NCBI GenBank assembly: GCA_019058445.1
Contig: JAHPZA010000009.1
Location: 32,001 to 96,000, forward strand
Direction: 5' to 3'
DNA from: Promethearchaeota archaeon
GTDB lineage: Archaea > Asgardarchaeota > Lokiarchaeia > Sigyniarchaeales > SOKP01
Length of the DNA stretch: 64,000 bases
Below are positions 39,804 through 50,513 of the stretch, in pieces. The position numbers and the translations under genes are program-made. Under the pieces are notes generated by a model. The model was not told where the DNA came from. It worked only from the letters and a program-made list of their open reading frames with translations, and ran no database searches. Position 1 is the stretch's first letter. Each line of letters starts with the position of its first letter.

Positions 39804-41090
39804 ATGGTAGAATTAAACGAAGTATGGTTAATTGATTATGCGAGAACTGCCTTTTCTCGCTCAAGACCAAAGCAACCTGAAAGAGACGTGTTTGGAGAGA
39901 TAAGGAGCGATGAGTTAACTGCTACATTATTGATGAAATTTTTTGATCAGAAATTAGCTGATAAGGGAATTGAGAAAAAAGACGTTGATGAATTTACTAT
40001 TGGAACTGCTATGGGAGTTTGGGAGAATTGGACTTATGGAGGAAGATTACCACTTTTCTTAGCGGAGTTTCCCGTTGAAGTGCCTGCTTTGTTTGTAGAC
40101 AGACAATGTGGATCAGCAGGTAGTGGAATGCATGTTGCAATCATGGAAATCATGACTGGAATGAGTAAATGTTGTCTTTCGGCGGGAGTGGAGCATATGA
40201 CTCGGGTTTCTATGCAGAACAACCATATCAATCCTAATCTGGGAATGGTTAACAAAAAGGATAAATGGTATAGACCCCAGTATGATATAATGACGACAAT
40301 CAATATGCTTCAAACTGCGCAAAAGCTTTACGAGCAAGAAGTTCCTGCGTTTACTAAAGAAGATCTAGATAAGTTTGGAGTACGAGCCCACAATTTAACT
40401 GTAGAAAATACTGAAAAAGGATGGTTTAAGGGTGAAATTATTCCAATAGAAGGACATGCTGAAGGAAATATTGAAGAAACAATGATGATTGATAGAGACA
40501 TGGCAGCGAGAAGATCTACATTAGAAAAGGTTTCAACATTACCTCGATTATCGAAACCTTATTATTTAGAAAAGAATGGTGGCAGAAAAGGTTATGTTGA
40601 GAGAGAAGGAACTAAAGATGGCGTAATCACCCCGGGAAATTCTTCACCTCTTAATGCGGGAGCTACTGCAGCGCTATTAATGGAAGCTAAGGAGGCTGAA
40701 AAGAGAGGGCTCGAACCAATGGCCAAAATTGTTTCTATTGGTTGGGCAGGAGTTGATCCATCAGTAATGGGTCGAGGACCTGTCCCTGCAACAGAAATGG
40801 CTTTAAAACATGCTGGTTTAACCGCTGACGATATCGATTATTGGGAGATTAATGAAGCTTTCTGCATCGTGGCATTAAACTGTATGAAACATTTCAATAT
40901 TCCTGAAGAAAAGGCTAATGTCATGGGAGGTTCAACTGCTATTGGGCATCCTCTTGGTGCTACAATGATTCGATTACCAGGTACGCTTGCACGAATCTTA
41001 AGAGACAAAAAAGCGAAATATGGTTGTGCAAATGCCTGTTGCGGAGGAGGCCAAGGAGTAGCAACAATTATAGAAAATCCTGATGCCTAA
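39804..41090 (+). CDS. Acetyl-CoA acyltransferase (thiolase)
   Basis: Catalytic 'DRQCGS', 'GVEHMT', 'NSSPLNAGA', 'EINEAF', 'GHPLGAT', 'CCGGGQG'. Confidence 0.95.
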   Translation: MVELNEVWLIDYARTAFSRSRPKQPERDVFGEIRSDELTATLLMKFFDQKLADKGIEKKDVDEFTIGTAMGVWENWTYGGRLPLFLAEFPVEVPALFVDRQCGSAGSGMHVAIMEIMTGMSKCCLSAGVEHMTRVSMQNNHINPNLGMVNKKDKWYRPQYDIMTTINMLQTAQKLYEQEVPAFTKEDLDKFGVRAHNLTVENTEKGWFKGEIIPIEGHAEGNIEETMMIDRDMAARRSTLEKVSTLPRLSKPYYLEKNGGRKGYVEREGTKDGVITPGNSSPLNAGATAALLMEAKEAEKRGLEPMAKIVSIGWAGVDPSVMGRGPVPATEMALKHAGLTADDIDYWEINEAFCIVALNCMKHFNIPEEKANVMGGSTAIGHPLGATMIRLPGTLARILRDKKAKYGCANACCGGGQGVATIIENPDA

Positions 41091-41323
41091 AATTACATCT
41101 AGATAGTCCTAGATTAACAAATAATTATAATCCCTATTTTTCTTTTTTTTTAATTTTCAAATTGTTGAGATTTTCTTTATCATTAGCTAATTTTAAAACA
41201 ATCTATTTGCAAAATATTTATATATCCAACTATACCAAATATACACTAAATCAAGAAACTTTAATTATAACATAGGGTATATTCAAAATTTAAAAATTAT
41301 TTAAAAAAAGTGGTGATTAATAA

Positions 41324-41530
41324 ATGCCAGTATATAAATCTATCCAGCTCGTGGGCACGAGTGATGTAAATTGGGCAGAAGCTGTAAAGAATTGTTATGC
41401 TGAAGCAAAAAAGTCTCTTCGGGGTATACGTAACATTCAGATTATAGAATCTGATGTAAAGGTAAAGGAAGATGTAGATAAGCTCATTTATCGTGTAAGA
41501 GTTCAAGTAAATTTCGAAATAGAGAAATAA
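41324..41530 (+). CDS. Dodecin family protein
   Basis: 'VYK.I.LVGTS...W..A......A.KSLR.I...YRV...V.F'; GGTGA Shine-Dalgarno upstream. Confidence 0.85.
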   Translation: MPVYKSIQLVGTSDVNWAEAVKNCYAEAKKSLRGIRNIQIIESDVKVKEDVDKLIYRVRVQVNFEIEK

Positions 41531-41686
41531 TATTAACGCTCTAATGAAATTCTAATAATATTTTTTTTTATTAATTTTTTTGTATAAATCCATGAATTAT
41601 CTTTTTTCTTTAAACTAATATACAAAAATTTATTTATTCCTCCTATAATATTTAATTTAAATTAATAATATAATTTTCAAGATAAA

Positions 41687-41803
41687 ATGTTATTAAATGG
41701 ATTAGAAGAGACTTATACTCAATATATCATAGGTGGGTTTGTACTTTTATTAATTTTTATTATATGCTGTCTTATACATAATAAACTTTTAAGAGAGTCG
41801 TAA
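41687..41803 (+). CDS. Putative 38-aa single-TM small protein (not in ORF track)
   Basis: MLLNGLEETYTQYIIGGFVLLLIFIICCLIHNKLLRES*; fills an otherwise empty gap. Confidence 0.45.
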   Translation: MLLNGLEETYTQYIIGGFVLLLIFIICCLIHNKLLRES

Positions 41804-41875
41804 GTAATACCTAATATTTTATCTTATTTATTCGGCGTTGTGTTTCCATTTTACACAGTGTGATAATAAAAAAGA

Positions 41876-42493
41876 TTATAATCTGTCACCGCATTCATCA
41901 CAAAAGCGCGCTCCTCCTCGATTAATATTCCCACATTTCTTACAAATACTTTTTTCTTCTGGTTCTATTTCTTCATTCCGTTGTTGGTCCAACTTTTTCC
42001 GTATAAATTCTTTGGCATGAACGGCGTAAGGGAAGGTAGGATCAATATCTAAGGCTTTTTGATAATATGTTAAGGCCTTATTTAAGTTTTCTTTTGTTTC
42101 ATAAATTAAACCTATATTATAATAACAATGCTTATAATCTGGTTTAATTTTAATTGCGTCATAGTATGCTTTTAACGCATTCTCAACCTGACCTAGATTA
42201 AAATAGGCAATTCCTAAATTGTAGTGGACTTTATAATTTTTTGGCTCAATTTTAAGAATTCTTTTGAAAATTTCAACTGCCTTCTCGTATTCTACCATAT
42301 ATTCATCGTTAAGATACCCACCATAAGAAAATAAAGCATTAATTAAAGTTTTCTTAATTAATTCCGATTGTGGATCTTTGTGATACACATCTTCTAGCAA
42401 TTCAATTGCTTCTTCGAATTTCTCTTTATTAATTAAACTTTTAGCCTGATTAATAATTTCTTGTGTGTTATTCAATGTTTTCACTTTTTCCAA
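41876..42493 (-). CDS. TPR protein with C-terminal zinc ribbon
   Basis: 'YNLGIAY..LG..E.A...Y..AI.I.P' repeats; 'CKKCG.......FCDECG'. Confidence 0.9.
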   Translation of the reverse strand: MEKVKTLNNTQEIINQAKSLINKEKFEEAIELLEDVYHKDPQSELIKKTLINALFSYGGYLNDEYMVEYEKAVEIFKRILKIEPKNYKVHYNLGIAYFNLGQVENALKAYYDAIKIKPDYKHCYYNIGLIYETKENLNKALTYYQKALDIDPTFPYAVHAKEFIRKKLDQQRNEEIEPEEKSICKKCGNINRGGARFCDECGDRL

Positions 42494-42537
42494 TCTATTT
42501 CATGAATTTAGTAATCAAACAAGAAAATAAATAAGAA

Positions 42538-42993
42538 TTATATCTCTTTTTCATACCAGATATATTGAGATTTTTTTAATCCAAGTTTCATTAATAAACT
42601 TCGCATTGACCCATCTGAATCCGGACAAATAATATGGATTTTTTTCATATCCGGAATGGTTTTTTTTATATACGTAAGAAGTTCACGTAATATCTTTTCC
42701 TCAATACCTTTTTTGAATGAATCTTCTTTTCTCGTTAAAACTTGATGTATTAAAACCCTACTATTTCCAAGATAATCTCTAAAAATTGTATAAGTGCCCC
42801 AGCCAACCATTTTATCACCCTCTTTTATCATAACCATAGAATTCCGATATTGTAAGTCAAGGAGTCTTTTATTCAATTCTGTTTCAAAATTCTTCCAGTT
42901 TGAAGAAAAATATGTTTTATTTTGAATAAAATCATTAAATAGTTCTATTAGGGCTTCCTTATCTTTTCTGGGGTCATATCTATATACCTGCAT
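42538..42993 (-). CDS. GNAT-fold protein (putative acetyltransferase); track start 43032
   Basis: 'KMVGWG...VLIHQVLT...KKGI...IL...KLGLK' pattern resembles GNAT motifs A/B. Confidence 0.55.
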   Translation of the reverse strand: MQVYRYDPRKDKEALIELFNDFIQNKTYFSSNWKNFETELNKRLLDLQYRNSMVMIKEGDKMVGWGTYTIFRDYLGNSRVLIHQVLTRKEDSFKKGIEEKILRELLTYIKKTIPDMKKIHIICPDSDGSMRSLLMKLGLKKSQYIWYEKEI

Positions 42994-43259
42994 TATTAGG
43001 TTAATCCATTTATAATTAAGAATAGAATGCAATTAGCAATAATTTGAATGTTTCTCATTTATTATATTTTTACAAGATATAGACTGATTTTCAAACTAAA
43101 CCAAAAAATTATAACCCTTTTTTAATTTATTTATTGTTAACGGATTAATATCCTAATATAAGAACGATTGAACAAATACATCTTATTAATCAGTTAAGAT
43201 TGTCTAATGATTAATAGGAATTTTTTTTTTAATAGGTGGGTTATAAAAGAATGATATAA

Positions 43260-43823
43260 ATGAAACAACGAATAAATCATATGAAGTCAGAAAATAAAGA
43301 GTTAATAATCCCTTTTAACTTTATTAAAGAACAAATCTTAATTCCATTTAAACCTTTAAGAAAGGGAGTAGTTATACCAAAACCATCAAAAAAAGGAGAT
43401 GCAGGTGCTGATGCGCGGATTATGGGATTTAAAAAGATTATAAACGAAGATGGCAAAAAAGAATTGGTTGAAATTGATTTAGAAAGTTACACATTACAAC
43501 CTCTAGAGAGAATAGGATGTCCTTTAGGTTTTTCTACAGCTATTCCTGAAGGGTATTATTTTAAAGTTGTCCCTAGAAGTGGTTTGGCTTTGTGGGAAGG
43601 CTTATCAATCGTAAATACTCCTGGTACCATAGATACTGGATATAGAAACGAATGGATGGCAATTGTAGTAAATTTATCAAATAAAGAAGTTATTTTAAGA
43701 AAAGGGGATCGAATTTGTCAAATAATTCTTGGCAAACTTCATGATTATAAGTTTATTGAGACAAATAAACTGCCAGATTCAGAACGAGGTTTAGGTGGAT
43801 TTGGCTCCACTGGGAAAGAATAA
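43260..43823 (+). CDS. dut: Trimeric dUTPase
   Basis: 'AGAD', 'PRSGLA', 'NTPGTIDTGYR', 'GDRICQ', 'RGLGGFGSTG'. Confidence 0.95.
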   Translation: MKQRINHMKSENKELIIPFNFIKEQILIPFKPLRKGVVIPKPSKKGDAGADARIMGFKKIINEDGKKELVEIDLESYTLQPLERIGCPLGFSTAIPEGYYFKVVPRSGLALWEGLSIVNTPGTIDTGYRNEWMAIVVNLSNKEVILRKGDRICQIILGKLHDYKFIETNKLPDSERGLGGFGSTGKE

Positions 43824-43933
43824 GAGCTTGTTTCCAAAGTATACTTTTTTTTAGAATATCTTGTTTTTTTATTTAGTATAATAGATAGGTTTTATTATTT
43901 AAAAAAAAAACTTCTTAAAATTTTATTAATTTC

Positions 43934-45526
43934 TTGAAATATAATTCTTTATTTAAAGTAGTATTATTTCTGGTATTTAATTTGACTAATATTAATGAAA
44001 ATAAATTAGCGAAATCAGATCAAACTAATGAAGATCTGTCAAAAAACCATTTTCTCTATAAAATCTTAAATCCTAAAAGCATGTGCGTTTTTGGAGCGAA
44101 CAATAATTTAATCCAAACGATGGGGAGCATGCAATTAAGAAATTGTATAGCTGGCGGAGGTTTTGACCAAAATATTTACCCGATTCATCCGAGATTGGAT
44201 AATGTTCAAGGATTTAAAGCATATAAATCAGTTTTGGATTTACCTATTGTCCCTGAATTAGCATTTATTATTTTACCGCCTAATGCTGTTCCTGAAGTTA
44301 TGGAAGAATGTGGCCAAAAGGGAATAAAAAATTTAATTATTACGTCAGGAGGTTTCAGAGAGAGTGGTCCTGATGGAATTCAACTATCTTCTAAGATAGA
44401 TGAATTAGCTAAAAAATATAAAATGCGCTTTATTGGTCCTAACTGTTTGGGTGTATATAATGGATGGTTCCACTATCCCAAAAAACAAAATGCATACATT
44501 AATACCTTTTGGATTTACATACCTCATAAAAGAGGTAATATATCATTAGTAAGTCAATCAGGTACCATTGCAGCTCAAACTGCATGGCATACGAACACTA
44601 TGGGTGTAAAAATCGGGAAATCTATTTCTATAGGGAATGAAAGAAATATTGATATTGTCGATTTTTTAGAATTTTTTAGAGATGATCCTCAAACTGATGT
44701 AATCGGTATGTATTTAGAAGAAGTTAAGCGTGGTAAGGAATTTGTAAAATTAGCACAAGAAATAACTCCTAAAAAACCTATTGTAGCGATATATGCGGGA
44801 GGCTCAAATGCTGCAAATAGGTCGATTATGAGTCATACAGGTTCTATAGGAGGGAATGAAAAGATATATAATGCTGTTTTTAAAGAAACGGGCATTATTT
44901 ACACTACTTCAGTTACAGACTTTTTATATTATCTGAGAACGCTGTCATATGCTCAAATTAAAAATGTATTTCCTAAAGGTAGAAGGCTGGGTATTATTAC
45001 GGATTCAGGAGGATCTGGGTCTATTATTACGAAAATGGCAGAAAAATACAATTTAAAAGTGCCAGAATTCTCGAAGGAATTACAAAATAAAATCTCTGAT
45101 TTGATACCTCCCACGGGAAGTAAATCTAATCCGGTAGATATCACTTTTTTTAGAAATTATAATGATTTTTTCGTTAAATTACCGAAAATTATATTGAAAT
45201 CTGGTGAAATTGATTGCCTAATTTTTGATGGTATCTTCGATTTTCAAGAAGTTTTTGAGGTTATGGAAAATTCTGGATATCCTGTTGATGAAAAAATCAA
45301 ATCCTCAATGGGTTTATTCTTTAGTATGATTATACAGCCTTTACAAAAATTAGTTCGGAGAAAATCCATACCGTTTTTTTATAGTGGACCTCAACTTTAC
45401 ACGCATCCGTTATATAAGGAATTTCTTGATAATAATATTAGTATTTTTGATCTATGGGACCAACCTTCCAAATGTATGACAATATTAGTAAAATATGCTG
45501 AATATCGAAGAAAACACTCTTTATAG
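43934..45526 (+). CDS. Acyl-CoA synthetase (NDP-forming), alpha-subunit-like, copy 1 (TTG at 43982 is a plausible true start)
   Basis: CoA-binding N-domain; 'SGGFRE', 'GPNCLG', 'SQSG', phospho-His 'SHTGS', 'NPVD'. Confidence 0.88.
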   Translation: MKYNSLFKVVLFLVFNLTNINENKLAKSDQTNEDLSKNHFLYKILNPKSMCVFGANNNLIQTMGSMQLRNCIAGGGFDQNIYPIHPRLDNVQGFKAYKSVLDLPIVPELAFIILPPNAVPEVMEECGQKGIKNLIITSGGFRESGPDGIQLSSKIDELAKKYKMRFIGPNCLGVYNGWFHYPKKQNAYINTFWIYIPHKRGNISLVSQSGTIAAQTAWHTNTMGVKIGKSISIGNERNIDIVDFLEFFRDDPQTDVIGMYLEEVKRGKEFVKLAQEITPKKPIVAIYAGGSNAANRSIMSHTGSIGGNEKIYNAVFKETGIIYTTSVTDFLYYLRTLSYAQIKNVFPKGRRLGIITDSGGSGSIITKMAEKYNLKVPEFSKELQNKISDLIPPTGSKSNPVDITFFRNYNDFFVKLPKIILKSGEIDCLIFDGIFDFQEVFEVMENSGYPVDEKIKSSMGLFFSMIIQPLQKLVRRKSIPFFYSGPQLYTHPLYKEFLDNNISIFDLWDQPSKCMTILVKYAEYRRKHSL

Positions 45527-45611
45527 CAATTTCATGATTTATTTAAAATTAAGTTCATATTACCTTATTCATTTTTAAATTCAAAATTATTGAAATAAAT
45601 GTGATTTATTA

Positions 45612-47129
45612 TTGACCGAATTGTCGGAAAAAAATACACATCCTTTAGAGGGACACTTCTTATATTCTTTTCTAAATCCTAAAAGCATTACTGTATTTGG
45701 TGCTAATAATGAATATTTAGGCACAATGGGTGCAATGCAACTTCGAAACGTTATTTTTGGCGGATTTCCAAAAGATAAGATCTTTCCCATACATCCAAAA
45801 CTTAAAGAAGTTCAAGGATTAAAAACATATCAAAGTGTATTAGATTTACCCGAGATCCCAGATTTAGCGTTTATTATTTTAAGACCCCACATAGTGCCTC
45901 AAGTGTTAGAAGAGTGCGGACAGAAAGGAATAAAAAAAGTAATTATCACTTCTGGAGGATTTCGGGAGATTGGAAATGAGGATTTATACAATGAACTTAT
46001 TAAGATTACGACCAAATATGACATGAGATTTATAGGCCCCAATTGCTTAGGAGTATATAACGCATGGTACAGATATCCTGAATATTCTGACACCAATTTC
46101 AACACCATGTGGATTCATGAAACTCCCGAAAGAGGTAATATTTCAATCATTGCTCATTCAGGAACGATAGCTTCTCATATTTTCTGGGCATGTAGAGACA
46201 TTGGAGTAAAGATTAGTAAATCATTTTCAATCGGTAATGAAGATGATATTGATATTGTTGATTGCTTAAATTACTTAAAAGATGATCCTGAGACGAGTGT
46301 AATAGGATTATATATTGAAGAGATCAAGAGGGGAAAGGAATTTATGGATCTGATAAAGGACATCACTTCCAAAAAGCCTATTGTTGCAATATATGCTGGT
46401 GGAACAAAAGCAGCCTCAAGGACAATTATGGGACATACAGGTTCAATAGCAGGTGATGATAATATCTTTGAATCTGTGTTTAAAGAGACAGGTATTATTT
46501 CTACTATATCGATTAAAGATTTTATGTATTACTTAAGAGAATTTTCAAGTGGAATTCTTCCAAAGGGTAATAGGCTTGGAATTTTAACAGATTCTGGAGG
46601 TTGTGGAGCAATGATGGCAAAAGCAGCTGAAAAAAGTGGTTTGGCTGTTCCCGAATTCTCAGAAGAGTTAAAATCTAAACTTAAAGAACATGTTGTGGAT
46701 ATTGCAAATATTGATAATCCGCTCGACCTCACTTTCTCATTTGGTGTGCATAATAAATATATTAAAATTCCTAAACTAATGATTAACTCAGATGAGATAG
46801 ATGGTGTCGTTATTTATGCTGCTTGGGCAGTTGAAGAATTTTTAGACATAGTTAAAAAGTCTGGTGGAGACGTTCCCGATATATTCGCTCAAACGAGTAA
46901 CGAAATGATGAGTAGGGCTTATTTAAAACCTATGCAAAAATTTGCTCGTAAAAAATCTGCTCCAATTTTGTATATTTGTCCACAAGGGTATTCTAATGAC
47001 TGGGTTAAAGAATTTATCAAATTAAATATTCCAATTTTTGATTTGTGGGATATGCCAATTAAATGTTTTGAAGTTCTTGCTAAATATTCCGAATATCGCA
47101 AAAAGTTATCCCAAACATCTAAATCTTAG
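45612..47129 (+). CDS. Acyl-CoA synthetase (NDP-forming), alpha-subunit-like, copy 2
   Basis: Clear paralog of the preceding gene; 'GPNCLG', 'GHTGS', 'NPLD'. Confidence 0.88.
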   Translation: MTELSEKNTHPLEGHFLYSFLNPKSITVFGANNEYLGTMGAMQLRNVIFGGFPKDKIFPIHPKLKEVQGLKTYQSVLDLPEIPDLAFIILRPHIVPQVLEECGQKGIKKVIITSGGFREIGNEDLYNELIKITTKYDMRFIGPNCLGVYNAWYRYPEYSDTNFNTMWIHETPERGNISIIAHSGTIASHIFWACRDIGVKISKSFSIGNEDDIDIVDCLNYLKDDPETSVIGLYIEEIKRGKEFMDLIKDITSKKPIVAIYAGGTKAASRTIMGHTGSIAGDDNIFESVFKETGIISTISIKDFMYYLREFSSGILPKGNRLGILTDSGGCGAMMAKAAEKSGLAVPEFSEELKSKLKEHVVDIANIDNPLDLTFSFGVHNKYIKIPKLMINSDEIDGVVIYAAWAVEEFLDIVKKSGGDVPDIFAQTSNEMMSRAYLKPMQKFARKKSAPILYICPQGYSNDWVKEFIKLNIPIFDLWDMPIKCFEVLAKYSEYRKKLSQTSKS

Positions 47130-47336
47130 TAAATTAGTTTCTAATATTTTATTTTTCTATTTATTTCAAGATTATTTATGTAAATTTTTCAAAATAAATA
47201 AGTCAAATTTGTTTTGAATTGTTTTATTCACATCAATTTAATATCTATTTTCAATTAAATTGAATTTTATACAAGTTAATAGAACGAACATCAAAAATAA
47301 AAGGTAGTTTAAAAAATCAGTTCTTGTTTAATCTAA

Positions 47337-49355
47337 TTGAAAGAGAAGACATTATCATCTCTAATTATTTTAACAAAAAGCCCATTAAAAAAGTTGAGTA
47401 AATCCGACAAGGATAAGAGGAACACTGTGAAGTCGAAAGGACTTTATTCAAATTCAAATAGTGAACCAGAAGAATTGATGAAAACCCGAGAAACCTTAGA
47501 AGAATCAGAACAGAGATATCGAGATTTATTAGAGTCATCCTCAATGGGTTTAATGGAATTAGATATGAAGAAATGGCAGATATCTTATGTTAATCAGAGA
47601 TTAATAGATATTATAGGTTATTCAAGAGAAGAATTAAACAAAAATAATTTAATGGCAAAGGTTATTCACCCAGACGATATCTATGAGATTATAAATTCCT
47701 TTGAAGATGGGGATTTAGAGTGTAGAATTACATCTAAAGATGGACAATTAAAATGGTTAGCAGGCACTAAGATAGGACAATATAATGAGAAAACGGAGCT
47801 TATAAGTTTAAGGATATGGTTATATGATATTACGGAAAAGAAACTAAAAGAACAGAAATTGTCAGAATCTGAAGAGAAATATCGATTTCTGTTTGAAAAT
47901 TCACCATTTCCCATCTTTTTAATTAATATGAAAGGTAAAGTTTTGGATTGTAATCCAAGTTTTGAGGAAGTTACAGGATATAGAAGAGAAGAAATATTAG
48001 GAATAAATTATGCTAACCTTAAGTTAATTCATCCAAAATATCTCCCAATACTATTAAATCGTTTCAAATTAATTAAAAAAGTTAAAAAACATCCTATCTT
48101 GGAAATAGAGCTATATAAAAAAGATGGAAGTATAATTTGGGTAAGATTTCAATCATCATTGGTAGAAATTGGTAATAAAGCATTTATTCAAGTAATTGGA
48201 GATGATATTACACCTCAAAAGGAAGCTGAAAAGAAATTAAGAGAATCTGAAATAAAATACCGAAGTATAATTGAAGCATCTCCAAATTTAATGCTTTTGT
48301 TTGATGACAAGGGAACTGTTATTGACTGTAACAATTCAGTATTACAATATTTTGAACTACCGAGGAAAAATATAATTGGATTTAAAATTTATGAACTTTT
48401 ATCAAATTTCTCAGAAGATAGTACGATTTCAATTTTAAATCTAATTAGCAATAATCTAAGGAATAATAAGTCCGATCCAATTGAATTCTCGTATATAAAC
48501 AGTAAAAATAAGACACAATGGTATCAACTTTACTATTCTACGGTTAAAATAGGAGAAAATTCTTTCTTTCATCTTGAACTTCAAGATTTTACGAAATTAA
48601 AAGAAGCAGAAAATATAATTAAAGAAGAAAACAGACGACTTATGGATTTAGATAAATTAAGAAAAAAGTTTTTAGACACTGCAGCTCACGAGTTAAAAAC
48701 TCCTCTCACATCTGTTTATGGAGCAATTCAGCTCATATATGAATTAAATATAGATATCTTAAATCCGGAATCACTAAAATTTATTGAAATAGCGAAAAAT
48801 GGTAGCGAAAGATTAAAAGATTTAATTCTTAATTTACTTGATATTTCACGATTAGAATTTAACAACTTTAGGATTCATAAGAAAAACCATGATTTAGTTA
48901 ACATAATTAAGAATTGTATCAGTGACATTAATTATTTATTCTACAAAAGGGGACAATTAATAATTCTGGATCTTCCTGAGAATTTATATGTAGAAGTAGA
49001 CAAATCTGGAATTGAACGTGTGATTATCAATTTATTATCTAATGCAACTAAATATACACCTCCAAAAGGAAAAATTGAAGTAAAATTGGGGGAAAATAAG
49101 AATTATATTGAGTTATCAATCAAGGATACAGGAGTAGGATTAACTAAAAAAGAAATAAATAAAATTTTTAATAAATTTAGTAAGATCGAAAGGTCTAAAG
49201 ATGTAGAAATCGATTTAATTAAAGAGGGAACTGGATTAGGGTTGAATATTTCAAAAGAAATTGTTGAAATGCATGGTGGACAGATATGGGTTTCCTCAGA
49301 AGGGCGAAATAAAGGCTCAACTTTTATAGTTAGACTCCCAGTGAACAAAAAATAA
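47337..49355 (+). CDS. Soluble multi-PAS sensor histidine kinase
   Basis: Three PAS-like repeats ('ESE..YR'); H-box 'AHELKTPL'; N-box 'NLLSNATKYT'; 'DTGVG'; 'GTGLGL'; 'HGG.I'. Confidence 0.93.
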   Translation: MKEKTLSSLIILTKSPLKKLSKSDKDKRNTVKSKGLYSNSNSEPEELMKTRETLEESEQRYRDLLESSSMGLMELDMKKWQISYVNQRLIDIIGYSREELNKNNLMAKVIHPDDIYEIINSFEDGDLECRITSKDGQLKWLAGTKIGQYNEKTELISLRIWLYDITEKKLKEQKLSESEEKYRFLFENSPFPIFLINMKGKVLDCNPSFEEVTGYRREEILGINYANLKLIHPKYLPILLNRFKLIKKVKKHPILEIELYKKDGSIIWVRFQSSLVEIGNKAFIQVIGDDITPQKEAEKKLRESEIKYRSIIEASPNLMLLFDDKGTVIDCNNSVLQYFELPRKNIIGFKIYELLSNFSEDSTISILNLISNNLRNNKSDPIEFSYINSKNKTQWYQLYYSTVKIGENSFFHLELQDFTKLKEAENIIKEENRRLMDLDKLRKKFLDTAAHELKTPLTSVYGAIQLIYELNIDILNPESLKFIEIAKNGSERLKDLILNLLDISRLEFNNFRIHKKNHDLVNIIKNCISDINYLFYKRGQLIILDLPENLYVEVDKSGIERVIINLLSNATKYTPPKGKIEVKLGENKNYIELSIKDTGVGLTKKEINKIFNKFSKIERSKDVEIDLIKEGTGLGLNISKEIVEMHGGQIWVSSEGRNKGSTFIVRLPVNKK

Positions 49356-49501
49356 GTAGTATGAGGAATTTTTTAAATTATTGTGTATAAGAATAAAAAT
49401 TGTGCCTCAAAAAATTTTCACTAATTATTTATATCATTATTAGAATATTATTATTAGAATTATTAAAAATGCGATAAATTTCATTAGAAAAGGATTTACT
49501 T

Positions 49502-50500
49502 TTGACAATAGAATTTTATAGACCGCCCAAAGCAATATTAGCTTCTGGAACTAAGGAAGGTGTTGAACTTGGTGGAGATAAAAGCATATTAAGTGTTGAT
49601 GGACAGCATAATTTGTATGACGAGGGAACTATTTTTACTGAGATGAGTTGGGCAGAGTTTTATAAAGAGTCAGGACTAGAAGACCAAATAGATACGTTTC
49701 AAACTACGGAATATAAATCTGTGAGAGATGATCCAAATGCATTAGTTAACACGATTGTTGAGAGCATTGAAAGGATTATAAGAGAAAAAAAACTTTTTTA
49801 TGGTATTGTTGATTTTGAGGTGGATGCATTTTTAAACCAAAATTGTGTGATTCCAGGGCTCACTTTAGATCCTGAGATTATAAATAAATTTATGGAGGCT
49901 CATAAAAAAACAAGAGATGAAAATTTATTTCCTGAGATTACTATTGGTGCTGGAGGAATATATAAAATTAAATTTGAGTTTCAGGGAAAGAATAAAAAGA
50001 ATTTAAGAATTTTTGGGTCGAGTCTAGAAGATATTTCTGATAAATTGCGATTGGCAAGGGGATTTGCTACTGGTATCGTTTGTACTAGTAGAGGGGCTGC
50101 AAACTTGTACATCATGAGCGATAACATTATTTTCTCTGAAAATGAGTTACCGGAGTTATATATTGATGAAGAAAACATAGGGATAATCGAAATGGGAATT
50201 CAACGAGAATTGCTATTCCCCATTAGTTGGTTTAGAATAGATATCGGTATAAAGTCCTTGGAAACTTTGGAATTGTGGGATGAGATAAAAGACAAGCCGA
50301 AACTTCAGAAAGCATTGGAGCAATATAATGATTATATTTCAAAACTGCTTATCAAAAAGTATAAAGCAGTCGCTTCGGGTGATCAGTTTAGCACTACTCT
50401 TGAGGAAGATTTTTACAATATGTCTCCAGCAGAAAGAAGAAAAGCATTGAAAGATATGGCAGACGCGATAAAAATCCTTACAAAAAAATATAAAGAGTAA
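49502..50500 (+). CDS. Hypothetical protein
   Basis: 332-aa ORF, soluble and acidic, no recognised motif. Confidence 0.75.
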   Translation: MTIEFYRPPKAILASGTKEGVELGGDKSILSVDGQHNLYDEGTIFTEMSWAEFYKESGLEDQIDTFQTTEYKSVRDDPNALVNTIVESIERIIREKKLFYGIVDFEVDAFLNQNCVIPGLTLDPEIINKFMEAHKKTRDENLFPEITIGAGGIYKIKFEFQGKNKKNLRIFGSSLEDISDKLRLARGFATGIVCTSRGAANLYIMSDNIIFSENELPELYIDEENIGIIEMGIQRELLFPISWFRIDIGIKSLETLELWDEIKDKPKLQKALEQYNDYISKLLIKKYKAVASGDQFSTTLEEDFYNMSPAERRKALKDMADAIKILTKKYKE

Positions 50501-50513
50501 AATCTTTTTCTGT

